This document shows, one piece after another, positions 39,560-49,613 of a DNA stretch of 64,000 nucleotides. A program made the position numbers and the translations under genes. The stretch lies in the NCBI GenBank assembly GCA_959023295.1, contig CAUFBM010000009.1:7405-71404 (forward strand), given 5' to 3'. This DNA comes from an uncultured Collinsella sp. GTDB lineage: Bacteria; Actinomycetota; Coriobacteriia; Coriobacteriales; Coriobacteriaceae. The notes beneath the pieces are model-generated. The model had not been told where the DNA came from and made no database searches. It worked only from the letters and a program-made list of their open reading frames with translations. Positions within the stretch are counted from its first letter, which is position 1. Each line of letters opens with the position of its first letter.

Positions 39560-40357
39560 ATGGGTCTTGAGGGAATCAAGCTGATCGCCTGCGATTTGGA
39601 TGGCACGTTGCTGCATCCGGGGGAGCGCGAGCCACGCCCTGAGGCATTTGAGCTCATTGATGAGCTGCATCGTCGCGGTATTGTGTTTATGCCGGCGAGC
39701 GGCCGTCAATATGCGAGCTTGCGCTCTCTGTTTGCCCCGGTGGCCGATGAGCTCGCCTATGTATGCGAAAACGGAGCCCTGGTGATGAGCGAGGGGCATG
39801 CCGTTGTCAAGCGTTCCATGGAGCGTAGCCTTGCTATGGATATCGCGAATGCCGTGGTCGCCTATCCCCATGCCGACGTAACCCTTTCGTGTGAGGGGCG
39901 CCTCTACACCATGAGCGGCAACGATGCGTTCGTCGATCATTTGCGCTATGAGGTCCACTGCGATGTGGCGGTGGTCGACCGCCCCGAGGACATCGACGAG
40001 GACGTCATTAAGATTGCCTTCCAGACGCCCGAGGTGGATCAGCTGGCGGCCCTGGAGTATTTCGAGCGCCTCTTTAGCGACCGTGTTGACGTGATGACGT
40101 CGGGAACCGAATGGACGGACTTTATCGGTTTCGGTTCGGGCAAGGGCTCCGCGCTTGCCGATTACGGTCGTGCCCTGGGTATTTCGCCCGATGAGATGAT
40201 GGCGTTTGGCGATAACGAAAACGATCGCGACATGCTCAACGCGGTGGGCCATCCTTATCTAATGGAGAGCTGCAATCCCAGCATGCGCGGCATCAATGAC
40301 CGCGTCCGCTACGTGCGCACGGTCGAAGAAGAACTGCGTCGCCTGCTTGCTGAGTAG
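39560..40357 (+). CDS. Cof-type HAD-IIB hydrolase
   Basis: DLDGTLL, ASGR, ENGA and FGDNEND motifs. Confidence 0.9.
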   Translation: MGLEGIKLIACDLDGTLLHPGEREPRPEAFELIDELHRRGIVFMPASGRQYASLRSLFAPVADELAYVCENGALVMSEGHAVVKRSMERSLAMDIANAVVAYPHADVTLSCEGRLYTMSGNDAFVDHLRYEVHCDVAVVDRPEDIDEDVIKIAFQTPEVDQLAALEYFERLFSDRVDVMTSGTEWTDFIGFGSGKGSALADYGRALGISPDEMMAFGDNENDRDMLNAVGHPYLMESCNPSMRGINDRVRYVRTVEEELRRLLAE

Positions 40358-40371
40358 GCATGTCCCAAAAT

Positions 40372-40752
40372 CTACCTACAGTTGGGGCAGAGGCCCTCGA
40401 AGATGGTGTAGTGCGACGTGACGTTCCAGCCGATTTGCTCGGACGCCTTTGCGTCGAGCTGGGCGTCGAAGGGGAGCGGCACATCGATGACGCGGCTGCA
40501 CGAGGTGCAGCTGATATGCGCATGCGGCTCGATCGTGCGATCGAAGCGGCTGCCGCCCGGCGTCTTGATTGAGAGGATCTCGCCGGCGTCGGCCAAGAGA
40601 TTGAGGTTGCGGTAGACCGTACCGCGGCTGATTTTGTCATCCTGCGCGCGCACGACGTTGTAGATTTCGTCAGCGGTGGGATGGTTATAGCTTTGGCGCA
40701 CGGCGTCAAGAACCAGCTTTCGCTGCCTGGTATTCCTTCTTTGCACCGCCAT
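40372..40752 (-). CDS. Fur/PerR-family transcriptional repressor
   Basis: TRQR, HPTADEIY, TVYRNL, HAHISCTSC and CPNC motifs. Confidence 0.92.
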   Translation of the reverse strand: MAVQRRNTRQRKLVLDAVRQSYNHPTADEIYNVVRAQDDKISRGTVYRNLNLLADAGEILSIKTPGGSRFDRTIEPHAHISCTSCSRVIDVPLPFDAQLDAKASEQIGWNVTSHYTIFEGLCPNCR

Positions 40753-40813
40753 GCGCCTCGCCTCTTTTCTATTAACGGTCGTAGGTAAATGATACCTTAT
40801 TTAGCACACAATA

Positions 40814-41224
40814 CTAATAATGAGGACTGAAGCCGTCTTCATTGGTAAGTGGGGCTCGGACCTGGGCGTCTACGAGGCGAAAACGCGTTCCCATGCGCTC
40901 GTAGGAGGCATGAAGCGCCTCGAGATGAGATAGGATGTTTGCCGGAGCTCCCTGTATCTCCATCTCGACTGAGCCGTCTTCCATGTTACGCACCCAGCCG
41001 GTGAGTGCGCGTGCCTGCGCGAGGTTGGTGTTGGTAAAGCGAAAACCAACGCCTTGGACTTGCCCCGCCCAGCGCAGGAAATAGCGCAGGGGAGTGTCTT
41101 GAGTGGCCTCGTCGCTTGCGAGTACGGTAAGCCTGCGGCGCAGCTCGAACTCGACGTTTGATGGTTTTTGAGGCTCTCGACTGCCGCCGGTGACGCTGGA
41201 GAAGAACGTATCGAAGAGGCCCAT
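40814..41224 (-). CDS. acylphosphatase
   Basis: GQVQGVGFR and GWVRN motifs. Confidence 0.88.
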   Translation of the reverse strand: MGLFDTFFSSVTGGSREPQKPSNVEFELRRRLTVLASDEATQDTPLRYFLRWAGQVQGVGFRFTNTNLAQARALTGWVRNMEDGSVEMEIQGAPANILSHLEALHASYERMGTRFRLVDAQVRAPLTNEDGFSPHY

Positions 41225-41226
41225 CG

Positions 41227-42333
41227 CTATGCCTGCTTGACTGAATCGGCGGGGAAGGTAATGCCGGCCTGCTGACGCACGGCATCCATGATGCGCAGCG
41301 AGACGAGCGTGACATCGCGGTAGTGGCCGAGATCATGGCGTCCCGCCGGGGTCTCCCAGATCTCTTCCTTAACGTTATCGATGCCTCCGATGGCGGTGAT
41401 AAAGTCTGCGAGTTCGTATTCCATGGTGTTGCTTGACTTGGGAAGGTCGAGCGCGCGGCCGTTGTCGTCCTGTTCGCGCGGCGCCTCGGTCGCCGAGCCG
41501 CGTACGACGTCGCCGCGATAGTCGATGCGGACGTTGCGGGGCGTGGACAGATGGTCGATCTGGATAGTGCCACGCTCGCCTTCGATCTGCGAGGGCAGCA
41601 GGTCATTCGTAATTTTGGAGTGCGCGAGCTCGACGGAGATACGGCCACCGCCATAGCTGGCGAGAATGGAACCGCAACCGTCGATGGGGCCATGGGTGAG
41701 CTCTTGCGTTGAGGGGTCGAGCAGCGTGGCCATGCTGGTGAGACCGGAGGGCATGCCGAAGATCTCGACCATGGGCTCGACGGTATAGACGCCGATGTCC
41801 ATGAGGGAACCCGAGGCCATGTGGCAGTCGAAGATATTGGTGGCGCGTCCAGCGAGGATTTCGTTGTAGCGTGAGGAATACTTGCCAAAGCGCAGCGAGG
41901 CGCGGCGAATGGGCGCAATTTCGCCCAGAGCGTCCTCAACGACGTGGAAAGCGGGGTCATGGAGCGGGCGCATGGCCTCGAGAGCCACGACGCCTGCTGC
42001 CTCGGCAGCGCGAAAGACCTCGAGTGCCTGCGCCTCGGTGGCGCAGAAGGGCTTCTCGACGATAACGTGCTTGCCGCCGGCGATGCAGGCGAGCGCCTGC
42101 TCGTAGTGGAGCGCATTGGGGCTGCCGATATAGACGGCGTCGACGTCGTCGGCGGACGCAAGCTCGTCAAGCGCGGTGAAGTTGCGTTCGCCGCTGTGTT
42201 CGGCGGTAAAGGCGGCGCCGCGATCTGCATCGCGCGAGAGCGTGCCTACGAATGTAGTCTGGTCGTTGGCGTTGACGACCTGGATAAAGTCGTCGGTAAT
42301 CATGGATGTGCCGATGGTCGCTATACGCAGCAT
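41227..42333 (-). CDS. Gfo/Idh/MocA-family oxidoreductase
   Basis: IGTSMI, YIGSPNALH, EKP and GSLMDIGVY motifs. Confidence 0.9.
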   Translation of the reverse strand: MLRIATIGTSMITDDFIQVVNANDQTTFVGTLSRDADRGAAFTAEHSGERNFTALDELASADDVDAVYIGSPNALHYEQALACIAGGKHVIVEKPFCATEAQALEVFRAAEAAGVVALEAMRPLHDPAFHVVEDALGEIAPIRRASLRFGKYSSRYNEILAGRATNIFDCHMASGSLMDIGVYTVEPMVEIFGMPSGLTSMATLLDPSTQELTHGPIDGCGSILASYGGGRISVELAHSKITNDLLPSQIEGERGTIQIDHLSTPRNVRIDYRGDVVRGSATEAPREQDDNGRALDLPKSSNTMEYELADFITAIGGIDNVKEEIWETPAGRHDLGHYRDVTLVSLRIMDAVRQQAGITFPADSVKQA

Positions 42334-42408
42334 GTGTCCCCCTCGTGCCGTTCGGTTTACAGGATGAGTGTAGCGCGAGGGGGCAGGAAATAGCGTGCGA
42401 AAACGCCG

Positions 42409-42894
42409 TTACAGGTCGCTCTCGCTAAAGCCGGTGTCGATATCGAGGTTGGCTCCGTCGGCCGCGGTGGTGGCGAGCTCGTCGCAGCGCTCATTGAGCT
42501 CGTGGCCGGCATGCCCCTTAACCCAGATGAACTCCACCTTATGCTTGCTCTTTGCGGCAAGCAGGCGCTCCCACAGGTCGCGGTTCTTGACGGGCTGCTT
42601 GTTGGCAGTTTTCCACCCGCGCTTTTTCCAGCCGTCGATCCAGTGTTTGTTGAAGGCGTTGACGACGTATTGCGAATCGGAATGGACCTCGACCTCGCAG
42701 GGGCGGTTAAGTGCCTCGAGCGCCACGATGACCGCCATGAGCTCCATGCGGTTGTTAGTGGTCTTGGCGTAGCCACGCGAAAGCTCGGAGGTGAAGGTCT
42801 TGCCGGCGGGGTTGGTGTACTTGAGCACGGCGCCGTAGCCGCCGCGTCCCGGATTTGATCGGGCCGAGCCGTCGGTATAGATGATGACCTTCAC
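42409..42894 (-). CDS. rnhA: ribonuclease HI
   Basis: [18 protein letters not shown] and WVKGHAG..NERCD motifs; GTG start after GAAAGGA. Confidence 0.96.
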   Translation of the reverse strand: MKVIIYTDGSARSNPGRGGYGAVLKYTNPAGKTFTSELSRGYAKTTNNRMELMAVIVALEALNRPCEVEVHSDSQYVVNAFNKHWIDGWKKRGWKTANKQPVKNRDLWERLLAAKSKHKVEFIWVKGHAGHELNERCDELATTAADGANLDIDTGFSESDL

Positions 42895-42993
42895 ATGGTT
42901 CCTTTCGTTGGGTACGCTTCGTGTGAGTGACCATTGTAGCGCCATGCCTGCCGGGGGCTAGCAATTTACGATTTCTATCCCGTCTTCCGACAG

Positions 42994-43896
42994 TTAGTTG
43001 GCATGGATGATGCGGTTGAGCTCGTCGAGGTATTGCCGCAAGAGAGGAGAGGGCTTGCGCTCGTCGTGCATGATATATCCTACGTGCATCGTTGGGGCGT
43101 CTGCTAACGGGATCGATGCCATACCCCACTGCATTTCATTGGAAAGGACACCGGTCGACAGGGTGTAACCGTTCGACGTGATAAGTAAGTTAGTAAGTGT
43201 TCCGCGGTCCGAGATTCGTATGTTGCGGTCGCAAGGGATATAGCTAAAAGGTTCCTCGGCGTAATAGAAGGAGTTTGAGGTTCCCTGCTCAAAGCTGTAG
43301 CGCGTATAGGGCGTGAGGTCGGCAAGGGACAGCTGAGGGCGGCGTGCGAGCGGGTGGCGTTCGCTAACGAAGACGTGGACCGTCGCGTCGAAGAGGGGAT
43401 GGAAGCTTGCGCGGGCATCGGCGAAGGCCTTCTGCAGAACGCGGGCGTTAAAGTCATCCAGGTACAGAATGCCGATATCGCTGCGAAATGCGCGGACGTC
43501 GTCGATGATCTGCGAGGTGGTGGTCTCGCGCATGATGAACTCAAACTTACTGTCGCGGCAGCGCTCGACGACGTTGACAAAGGCCTTGACCGAAAAAGCG
43601 TAGTGCTGGGCCGAGACGGCAAGGCGCGCCTGGGGTGTGCCGCCGTCCTCGTAGCGTGCCTCGAGCATGTCGGCCTGCTCTACGACCTGGCGCGCATAGC
43701 CCAATAGCTCGGTGCCGTCGTTGGTGAGCGTGACGCCGCGGCTGGAGCGCGTAAAGATCTCCAGATGGAGCTCCTGTTCCAGGCTTTTGACAGCGTTTGA
43801 GATGTTGGACTGTGCCGTATAAAGGCGCTGGGCTGCGGCGTTGATCGATCCGGACTCTGCCACGGCGATCAAAAAACGAAGTTGCTGGAGGGTCAT
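42994..43896 (-). CDS. LysR-family regulator divergent from metY
   Basis: MTLQQLRF...GSINAAA...QSNIS..VKSLEQEL HTH; 300 aa. Confidence 0.93.
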   Translation of the reverse strand: MTLQQLRFLIAVAESGSINAAAQRLYTAQSNISNAVKSLEQELHLEIFTRSSRGVTLTNDGTELLGYARQVVEQADMLEARYEDGGTPQARLAVSAQHYAFSVKAFVNVVERCRDSKFEFIMRETTTSQIIDDVRAFRSDIGILYLDDFNARVLQKAFADARASFHPLFDATVHVFVSERHPLARRPQLSLADLTPYTRYSFEQGTSNSFYYAEEPFSYIPCDRNIRISDRGTLTNLLITSNGYTLSTGVLSNEMQWGMASIPLADAPTMHVGYIMHDERKPSPLLRQYLDELNRIIHAN

Positions 43897-43918
43897 CGGC
43901 GCCCATCCTTTCGATAGC

Positions 43919-43935
43919 TATCTAAAAAACCGATA
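43919..43935. promoter_or_regulatory. LysR-type T-N11-A box
   Basis: TATC-N9-GATA dyad between the divergent lysR and metY. Confidence 0.55.
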
Positions 43936-44054
43936 ACAAGTTAGCGCTTTTAAGTGATTGACCGAGCAAAACAATGCTCGTACTATTCAAAACACACAAA
44001 GGCGGTAGGTAATTAAGCCGACCAAGGAACCGGGATGCGAAAGGAGGCCCGCAT

Positions 44055-44108
44055 ATGAATTGCTTACCAAGACGAATGCCGGGCTCCTGTTTGCGCCCGT
44101 CGGCGTGA
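44055..44108 (+). other. putative leader peptide MNCLPRRMPGSCLRPSA upstream of metY
   Basis: AAAGGAGG RBS 7 nt before the ATG; 17 codons including 2 Cys and 2 Met. Confidence 0.45.
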
Positions 44109-44168
44109 TCAGGAGACAGCGACTTACTTCTCTTACTCTTATTACTTTCTTCGATCAAGGAGATCATC

Positions 44169-45479
44169 ATGAGCCAGTTTATCAACAACCCCGAGCACAC
44201 CTTTGGTTTCGATACCCTGCAGCTGCACGTTGGCCAGGAGAGCGCCGATCCTGCATCCGACTCCCGTGCTGTGCCTATCTATCAAACCACGAGCTATGTG
44301 TTCCGCAACTCCCAGCACGCCGCCGACCGCTTTGGTCTTGCCGACGCCGGTAACATCTACGGCCGTCTGACCAACTCCACCCAGGGCGTCTTCGAGGACC
44401 GTATCGCTGCGCTCGAGGGCGGCGTTGCTGGCCTCGCCGTCGCCTCTGGCGCCGCCGCCATCACCTATACCCTGCAGGCCCTCGCCCAGACCGGTGACCA
44501 CGTGGTCGCCCAGAAGACCATCTACGGCGGTTCCTACAACCTGCTGGAGCACACGCTCTCCCAGTTTGGTGTCGAGACCACCTTCGTCGATGCCCATAAC
44601 CTGGACGAGGTCGAGGGCGCCATCAAGGACAGCACCACGGTCATCTATCTCGAGACGCTCGGTAACCCCAACTCCGACATCCCCAACATCGACGCCATCT
44701 CCGAGATCGCCAAGAAGCATGGCCTGCCGGTTGTCGTCGACAACACCTTCGGCACCCCGTATCTGTTCCGTCCGCTGGAGCATGGTGCCAACATCGTCGT
44801 CCACTCTGCAACCAAGTTCATCGGCGGCCACGGTACCTCGCTGGGCGGTGTGATCGTCGACGGCGGTAACTTCGATTGGAAGGCGAGTGGCAAGTACGCC
44901 CAGATCGCTGAGCCCAACCCCTCCTACCACGGTGTTTCGTTTGCCGAGGCTGCCGGCCCTGCCGCCTTCGCGACCTATGTCCGCGCTATCCTGCTGCGTG
45001 ACGAGGGTGCCTGCATCAGCCCGTTCAACGCCTGGGTCCTGCTCCAGGGCACCGAGACTCTGTCGCTGCGCGTTGACCGTCATGTCGAGAACACCAAGAA
45101 GGTCGTTGAGTTCCTGGCTGGTGACAGCCACGTCGCCAAGGTGAACCACCCGAGCCTGACTGAGCACCCCGATCATGAGCTTTACAAGCAATATTTCCCC
45201 AACGGCGGTGCCTCGATCTTCACCTTCGAGATCAAGGGCGGCCAGGAAGCTGCATGGAAGTTCATCGATCATCTGCAGGTGTTCTCGCTGCTCGCCAACG
45301 TGGCCGACGTCAAGTCGCTCGTCGTGCACCCGGCTACCACCACGCACTCCCAGCTCTCTGCCGAGGAGCTCGCCGAGCAGAACATCACGCCCTCCACGAT
45401 CCGTCTTTCTATCGGTACCGAGAACGCCGAGGATATCATTTGGGATCTGAAGCAGGCCTTCGCCGCGCTGGACGAGTAA
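44169..45479 (+). CDS. metY: O-acetylhomoserine aminocarboxypropyltransferase / sulfhydrylase
   Basis: PIYQTTSY, IYGRLTN, HSATKFIGGHG (PLP Lys), LANVADVKSL and HPATTTHSQL motifs. Confidence 0.93.
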   Translation: MSQFINNPEHTFGFDTLQLHVGQESADPASDSRAVPIYQTTSYVFRNSQHAADRFGLADAGNIYGRLTNSTQGVFEDRIAALEGGVAGLAVASGAAAITYTLQALAQTGDHVVAQKTIYGGSYNLLEHTLSQFGVETTFVDAHNLDEVEGAIKDSTTVIYLETLGNPNSDIPNIDAISEIAKKHGLPVVVDNTFGTPYLFRPLEHGANIVVHSATKFIGGHGTSLGGVIVDGGNFDWKASGKYAQIAEPNPSYHGVSFAEAAGPAAFATYVRAILLRDEGACISPFNAWVLLQGTETLSLRVDRHVENTKKVVEFLAGDSHVAKVNHPSLTEHPDHELYKQYFPNGGASIFTFEIKGGQEAAWKFIDHLQVFSLLANVADVKSLVVHPATTTHSQLSAEELAEQNITPSTIRLSIGTENAEDIIWDLKQAFAALDE

Positions 45480-45539
45480 GGCGACTTGTGCAAGGACCCC
45501 TTGCGACTCGATAGGTATAACTGCATAAAATGCCTGCTC

Positions 45540-45580
45540 AAGGCGTCTGTGCGAACAATGTTTGCGCAGACGCCTTTTTG
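45540..45580 (+). terminator. terminator after metY
   Basis: AAGGCGTCTGTGCGAACA/TGTTTGCGCAGACGCCTT stem followed by a T-run. Confidence 0.75.
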
Positions 45581-45790
45581 CATAGGAATGCCTAAAAAAC
45601 AGGTCTTTTAGCGTCGAATATCCAATCTAGATATGGAAAACTCCTGTTAAGTGAATGTGAGTTTTACGCAAATGACGTGCACCTTTTGAGAAAAACCGCA
45701 GGTCGCGAATTGCTCGGGGTACTATGCAGCGCGATCGAATCACACGCAGCTTAAACGCAGCAAAAACGCACTACGGAGGTTTCCAGCTAC

Positions 45791-46564
45791 ATGAGGATCG
45801 ATTCACGAAAACCGAAGGCCGCCGCCCTTTCTGCCACGCTTGCTGTGGCGCTTTTGGTGGGTGCCGGCGCAACCGAGGCCCACGCGGCCACGCTGTCCGA
45901 CGCGGTCGGGTCCCCGTCCTCCGAGACGACGCTGATGCAGCCCGTCGATTATCGCGGCGACGGTTTTGGCTCCATGCAGGAGTGGAACGCCTCTATGGAG
46001 GCCAAGCGCGACTCTTTGGAAGTTCGCGCCCAAATTATCATGAACATGTATGGCGACTACGCCACCGATGACGAGCGTGCCGTGCTTAATGAGTGCATTG
46101 ACGGCACGGGCAGCCTTTTGACGATGGAGGAGGTCGACGCCAAGTCGACCGGGCTCGATGAGTTGCGCGCCACGCTCGAGGATGCTAAGCGCGAGGCGCT
46201 TGAGCTTGAGGCCGCCGAGGCCGCGGCCGCGGCCGCTCAGGCTTCGTATTACAACGCCGGTTACGGTTCGTCTTACGTTGCCGCTGCTTTCTATGCGAAC
46301 GGCTCGGGCCTGACGCGCTCCGGTGGCGTTAACAACTACAATGGCCGCCGTGAGACCTACTACAGCAGCAATGTGTTGTACCATCACCGCACGGGCGAGT
46401 GGACGCAGGATTCCGAGGGCTTTTGGCGTGATTCTGACGGCTACTACGTCGTGGCTGCGGGCGATAAGGCCCAGGGCTCGACTTTTACGGGCTCTAAGGG
46501 CGAGTGCAAGGTCTACGATTCGGGCTGCGCAGCCGGAACTACCGATTACTACACCGGTTGGTAA
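45791..46564 (+). CDS. secreted protein with coiled coil and C-terminal 3D-like (MltA-type) domain
   Basis: Signal peptide ending AHA, Ala-rich linker, C-terminal VVAAGD..GS..YDSGCA.GTTDYY pattern. Confidence 0.6.
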   Translation: MRIDSRKPKAAALSATLAVALLVGAGATEAHAATLSDAVGSPSSETTLMQPVDYRGDGFGSMQEWNASMEAKRDSLEVRAQIIMNMYGDYATDDERAVLNECIDGTGSLLTMEEVDAKSTGLDELRATLEDAKREALELEAAEAAAAAAQASYYNAGYGSSYVAAAFYANGSGLTRSGGVNNYNGRRETYYSSNVLYHHRTGEWTQDSEGFWRDSDGYYVVAAGDKAQGSTFTGSKGECKVYDSGCAAGTTDYYTGW

Positions 46565-46750
46565 TCTTTCGGCACCGATTTGATGCGACTGACGGGCGTC
46601 TTTACCGAGCTTTCGGGCAACGTAAAGGCGCCTGTTTTATATATGCGCTTGGGTTAACAGAGCCCTTACCGTGGCACTACGTTGGGCATATGGGCGCGGG
46701 GCACACTAAGTCATGAGAAACAAGGTCTTTCCCGTGGAGGAAGTGGTCCC

Positions 46751-46951
46751 ATGAACGCTCGAGATATCGCTATTGCCGCCGTCGCACTTGCACTGGGTTG
46801 TCTTGGTCCTACGGCCGCGCTTGTCGCGGGCATGCAGGGCTCGTGCGGAGCTGCTCCTGTCGTTGTGGGGGCTCTGATTGCTGTCGCTGCGCTGGGAAGC
46901 GCCGGCGTCGTCCTTTGTCGCGATGATGAGGACGAGATCGTGGGGTCTTAA
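46751..46951 (+). CDS. small two-TM hypothetical membrane protein
   Basis: GGAGG RBS, two hydrophobic segments, acidic tail. Confidence 0.55.
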   Translation: MNARDIAIAAVALALGCLGPTAALVAGMQGSCGAAPVVVGALIAVAALGSAGVVLCRDDEDEIVGS

Positions 46952-47031
46952 AGTTAGCCTCAACTCTGGTGTTGCCGGAGCATGTTGCGTGTGCCGGATA
47001 GCCGTATTTAGAAAAACAAACGCATGGGAAC

Positions 47032-47151
47032 TCACGGCTCAAAGCCAAACCAGTGCGGGGTGTCGCACGAGAGCGTGTGGGTGAGGTCAACCCAGCGATA
47101 ATCGGTACTTTTGAGCTGGGATGCGAGGTTCCAAAGGTCGAGCGCGGGCAT
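47032..47151 (-). pseudogene. truncated cyclase/kynurenine-formamidase-family gene remnant
   Basis: GAAAGGAG RBS, then MPALDLWNLASQLKSTDYRWVDLTHTLSCDTPHWFGFEP*; VDLTH..TP.W resembles cyclase N-termini. Not in the ORF track. Confidence 0.55.
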
Positions 47152-47313
47152 GGGTGGCTCCTTTCATCGGGCTTTTTGCTGATGTTAATGCGGTGCCGTG
47201 ACAGCTCGATTTCTGCTGCGTTACGATACGTTCTCGATTGCGATTCCACGATGTTTCGGCCGCGTGACCATTGTGTTTCGCCTTGCCGAGCGCTGATGGC
47301 GAAGGGAGGGTCC

Positions 47314-48504
47314 GTGCAATACCGCGTTGACTCCAAAAGTGGTAACCGAATATCTGCTCTGGGCCTGGGCTGTATGAGGTTTCCCGGTGCGCCGGGCCAT
47401 CCGGATGCGAAGACAGCCGATGCCATCATCTCCCGTGCGGTGGAGCAGGGGATTAATTATCTGGATACCGCGTACCTCTATCCCGGTAATGAGGTGTGCG
47501 TGGGCGCCTCACTTGAGCGCTTGGGGCTGCGCGACCGGGTGTTGCTGGCGACTAAGTTGCCGCACGCCTCGTGTGTATGCACGGGGGATTTCGACCGTTT
47601 CTTTGATGAGCAGCTGCGTCGGCTGCGGACCGACCATATCGACTATTACCTTATGCACAACATCACCTCGCCCGCTCAGTGGGAACGTGTGGTGGCGCTG
47701 GGCATCGAGGACTGGATTGCGCGTCAAAAGGCGGCGGGGCGCATTCGCCAGATTGGTTTTTCGTATCACGGCAGCGCGGCGGATTTTCTGACGATGCTTG
47801 ACGCGTACGATTGGGATTTTTGCCAGATCCAGTACAACTATGCCGGCGAGCGCTACCAAGCGGGAACGGCAGGGCTCATGGCGGCTGCGGAGCGCGGGCT
47901 CGCGGTGTTTGTGATGGAGCCGCTGCTGGGCGGTCGTCTAGCGGGCAAGTTACCGCCGCGGGCCCGCGCCGTGCTCGATGGCGCCCGTGACCCGCATTTG
48001 CGCACTCCTGCCGCCTGGGGGCTTTCGTGGGTGTGGAATCATCCTCAGGTGACGATGCTGCTTTCGGGTATGACCGATACCGCGCAAGTGGATGAGAACG
48101 CGGCGCTGGCTGACCGAGCCCTGCCGGATTCGATGACAGCTACTCAGCTCGATGCCATCGCGCACGTGCTGACGGAGTTTGAAAAATCGAATCGCGTGCC
48201 CTGCACGGGATGTGGCTATTGCATGCCGTGCCCTAAAGGCATCAATATCCCTGGGTGTTTTGCCGCCTACAACGCAAGCTATGCGCACAGCTGGTTTACG
48301 GGTCTATCGCAGTACTTTACGGCGAGCGCGGTGCGCACAAGCGAGCCCAAGTTGGTGAGCAATTGCGTCAAATGCGGCAAATGCGCGCGGCATTGTCCGC
48401 AGCACATCGATATCCCCGGGCGCTTGGACGCCGTACGCCGCCGTTTTCAGCCCGGCCCCGTGACGGCGGCGCTTAAGGCCTTCGGCAAAACGCGCTCCTC
48501 ATGA
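47314..48504 (+). CDS. aldo/keto reductase with C-terminal 4Fe-4S dicluster
   Basis: GLGCMRFP, DTAYLY, MEPLLGG, CTGCGYCMPCP and CVKCGKCARHCPQ motifs; GTG start after GGGAGG. Confidence 0.9.
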   Translation: MQYRVDSKSGNRISALGLGCMRFPGAPGHPDAKTADAIISRAVEQGINYLDTAYLYPGNEVCVGASLERLGLRDRVLLATKLPHASCVCTGDFDRFFDEQLRRLRTDHIDYYLMHNITSPAQWERVVALGIEDWIARQKAAGRIRQIGFSYHGSAADFLTMLDAYDWDFCQIQYNYAGERYQAGTAGLMAAAERGLAVFVMEPLLGGRLAGKLPPRARAVLDGARDPHLRTPAAWGLSWVWNHPQVTMLLSGMTDTAQVDENAALADRALPDSMTATQLDAIAHVLTEFEKSNRVPCTGCGYCMPCPKGINIPGCFAAYNASYAHSWFTGLSQYFTASAVRTSEPKLVSNCVKCGKCARHCPQHIDIPGRLDAVRRRFQPGPVTAALKAFGKTRSS

Positions 48505-48516
48505 CCCTTTTATAAC

Positions 48517-48579
48517 TTGCGGTGGAATAGTTCCTGTTTGCGGCAGAATAGGGCATCGACAGGAACTATTTCACCGCAA
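48517..48579. repeat. 21-bp inverted repeat with 21-nt spacer upstream of nfo
   Basis: TTGCGGTGGAATAGTTCCTGT ... ACAGGAACTATTTCACCGCAA (1 mismatch). Confidence 0.85.
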
Positions 48580-48599
48580 CAGATGAGGGGGAGCTGGGG

Positions 48600-49466
48600 A
48601 TGCTGACGATCGGGTGTCACCTATCCACGACGAAGGGCTATCGGGCGATGGGGGAGACGGCGCTGTCCATTGGCGCCAATACCTTTGCATTCTTTACGCG
48701 CAACCCGCGCGGCGGCAAGGCGAAAGACCTTGACATGGATGACGTGGCAGCCCTGCGCGAGCTTATGGAGCAAAACGATTTTGGTCCGCTCGTGGCTCAT
48801 GCTCCGTATACCTATAACCCCTGCTCGGCCAAAGAGCGGGCGCGCGAGTTTGCCCTGGAGGCCATGGCAGAGGACCTGCGGCGCATGGAGGCACTGCCCG
48901 GCAACTACTACAACTTCCATCCCGGTGCGCATGTGGGGCAGGGCTCCGACGCTGGCATTCAGATGATCGTCGAAACTCTGTGCAAGGTGATGTTTGAGGG
49001 CCAGCAGACGACGGTGCTGCTCGAGACCATGGCCGGCAAGGGCACCGAGGTGGGCCGCAGCTTTGAGGAGCTGGCGCTCATCATCGAGGGCGTTTGCGAC
49101 AAGCGTCCTGAGCTTTCGGGCAAGCTGGGCGTTTGCCTGGACACCTGCCATGTGAATGATGCTGGCTATGACATCGTCCACGATCTTGACGGCATGCTCG
49201 ACGAGTTTGATCGGGTGGTGGGTATCGAGCGCCTGCGCGCTGTGCATATCAATGATTCCAAGAACCCCTGCGGCGCCCACAAGGATCGCCACGAGTGCAT
49301 CGGTAAGGGCTACCTGGGTAGTGAAGAATTTGGCGGCGGTATGCGAGTTATGCAGAATATTGTATCGAATGGCCGCTTGCGCGCATTGCCATTCATTTTG
49401 GAGACACCGAACGAACTTGCAGGTTATGCGGCTGAAATCAAACTGTTAAGGTCGTTGCAGCAGTAA
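48600..49466 (+). CDS. nfo: endonuclease IV
   Basis: [30 protein letters not shown] and LETP motifs. Confidence 0.95.
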   Translation: MLTIGCHLSTTKGYRAMGETALSIGANTFAFFTRNPRGGKAKDLDMDDVAALRELMEQNDFGPLVAHAPYTYNPCSAKERAREFALEAMAEDLRRMEALPGNYYNFHPGAHVGQGSDAGIQMIVETLCKVMFEGQQTTVLLETMAGKGTEVGRSFEELALIIEGVCDKRPELSGKLGVCLDTCHVNDAGYDIVHDLDGMLDEFDRVVGIERLRAVHINDSKNPCGAHKDRHECIGKGYLGSEEFGGGMRVMQNIVSNGRLRALPFILETPNELAGYAAEIKLLRSLQQ

Positions 49467-49613
49467 TGGTTGCCATAAAGTGGAGTGCTTCATTCACGTT
49501 ATGGGTTTGTTTCAATCAGTTTTCTAATTGCAGATTCTTCCAAGCGGGTGCATAATAACCCACAGTTTTTGCAGACCTCTGAATCACGTGGGGTCATTGG
49601 AAGGAGACTGATT

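Noticed and set aside
45552..45564. CGAACAATGTTTG resembling an SOS box
   Set aside because: Spacer is 3 nt rather than 4, and the dyad is the apex of the metY terminator.
45600..45790. c-di-AMP (ydaO) riboswitch upstream of the secreted 3D-like protein
   Set aside because: Plausible by context, but I could not find the conserved ydaO sequence blocks.
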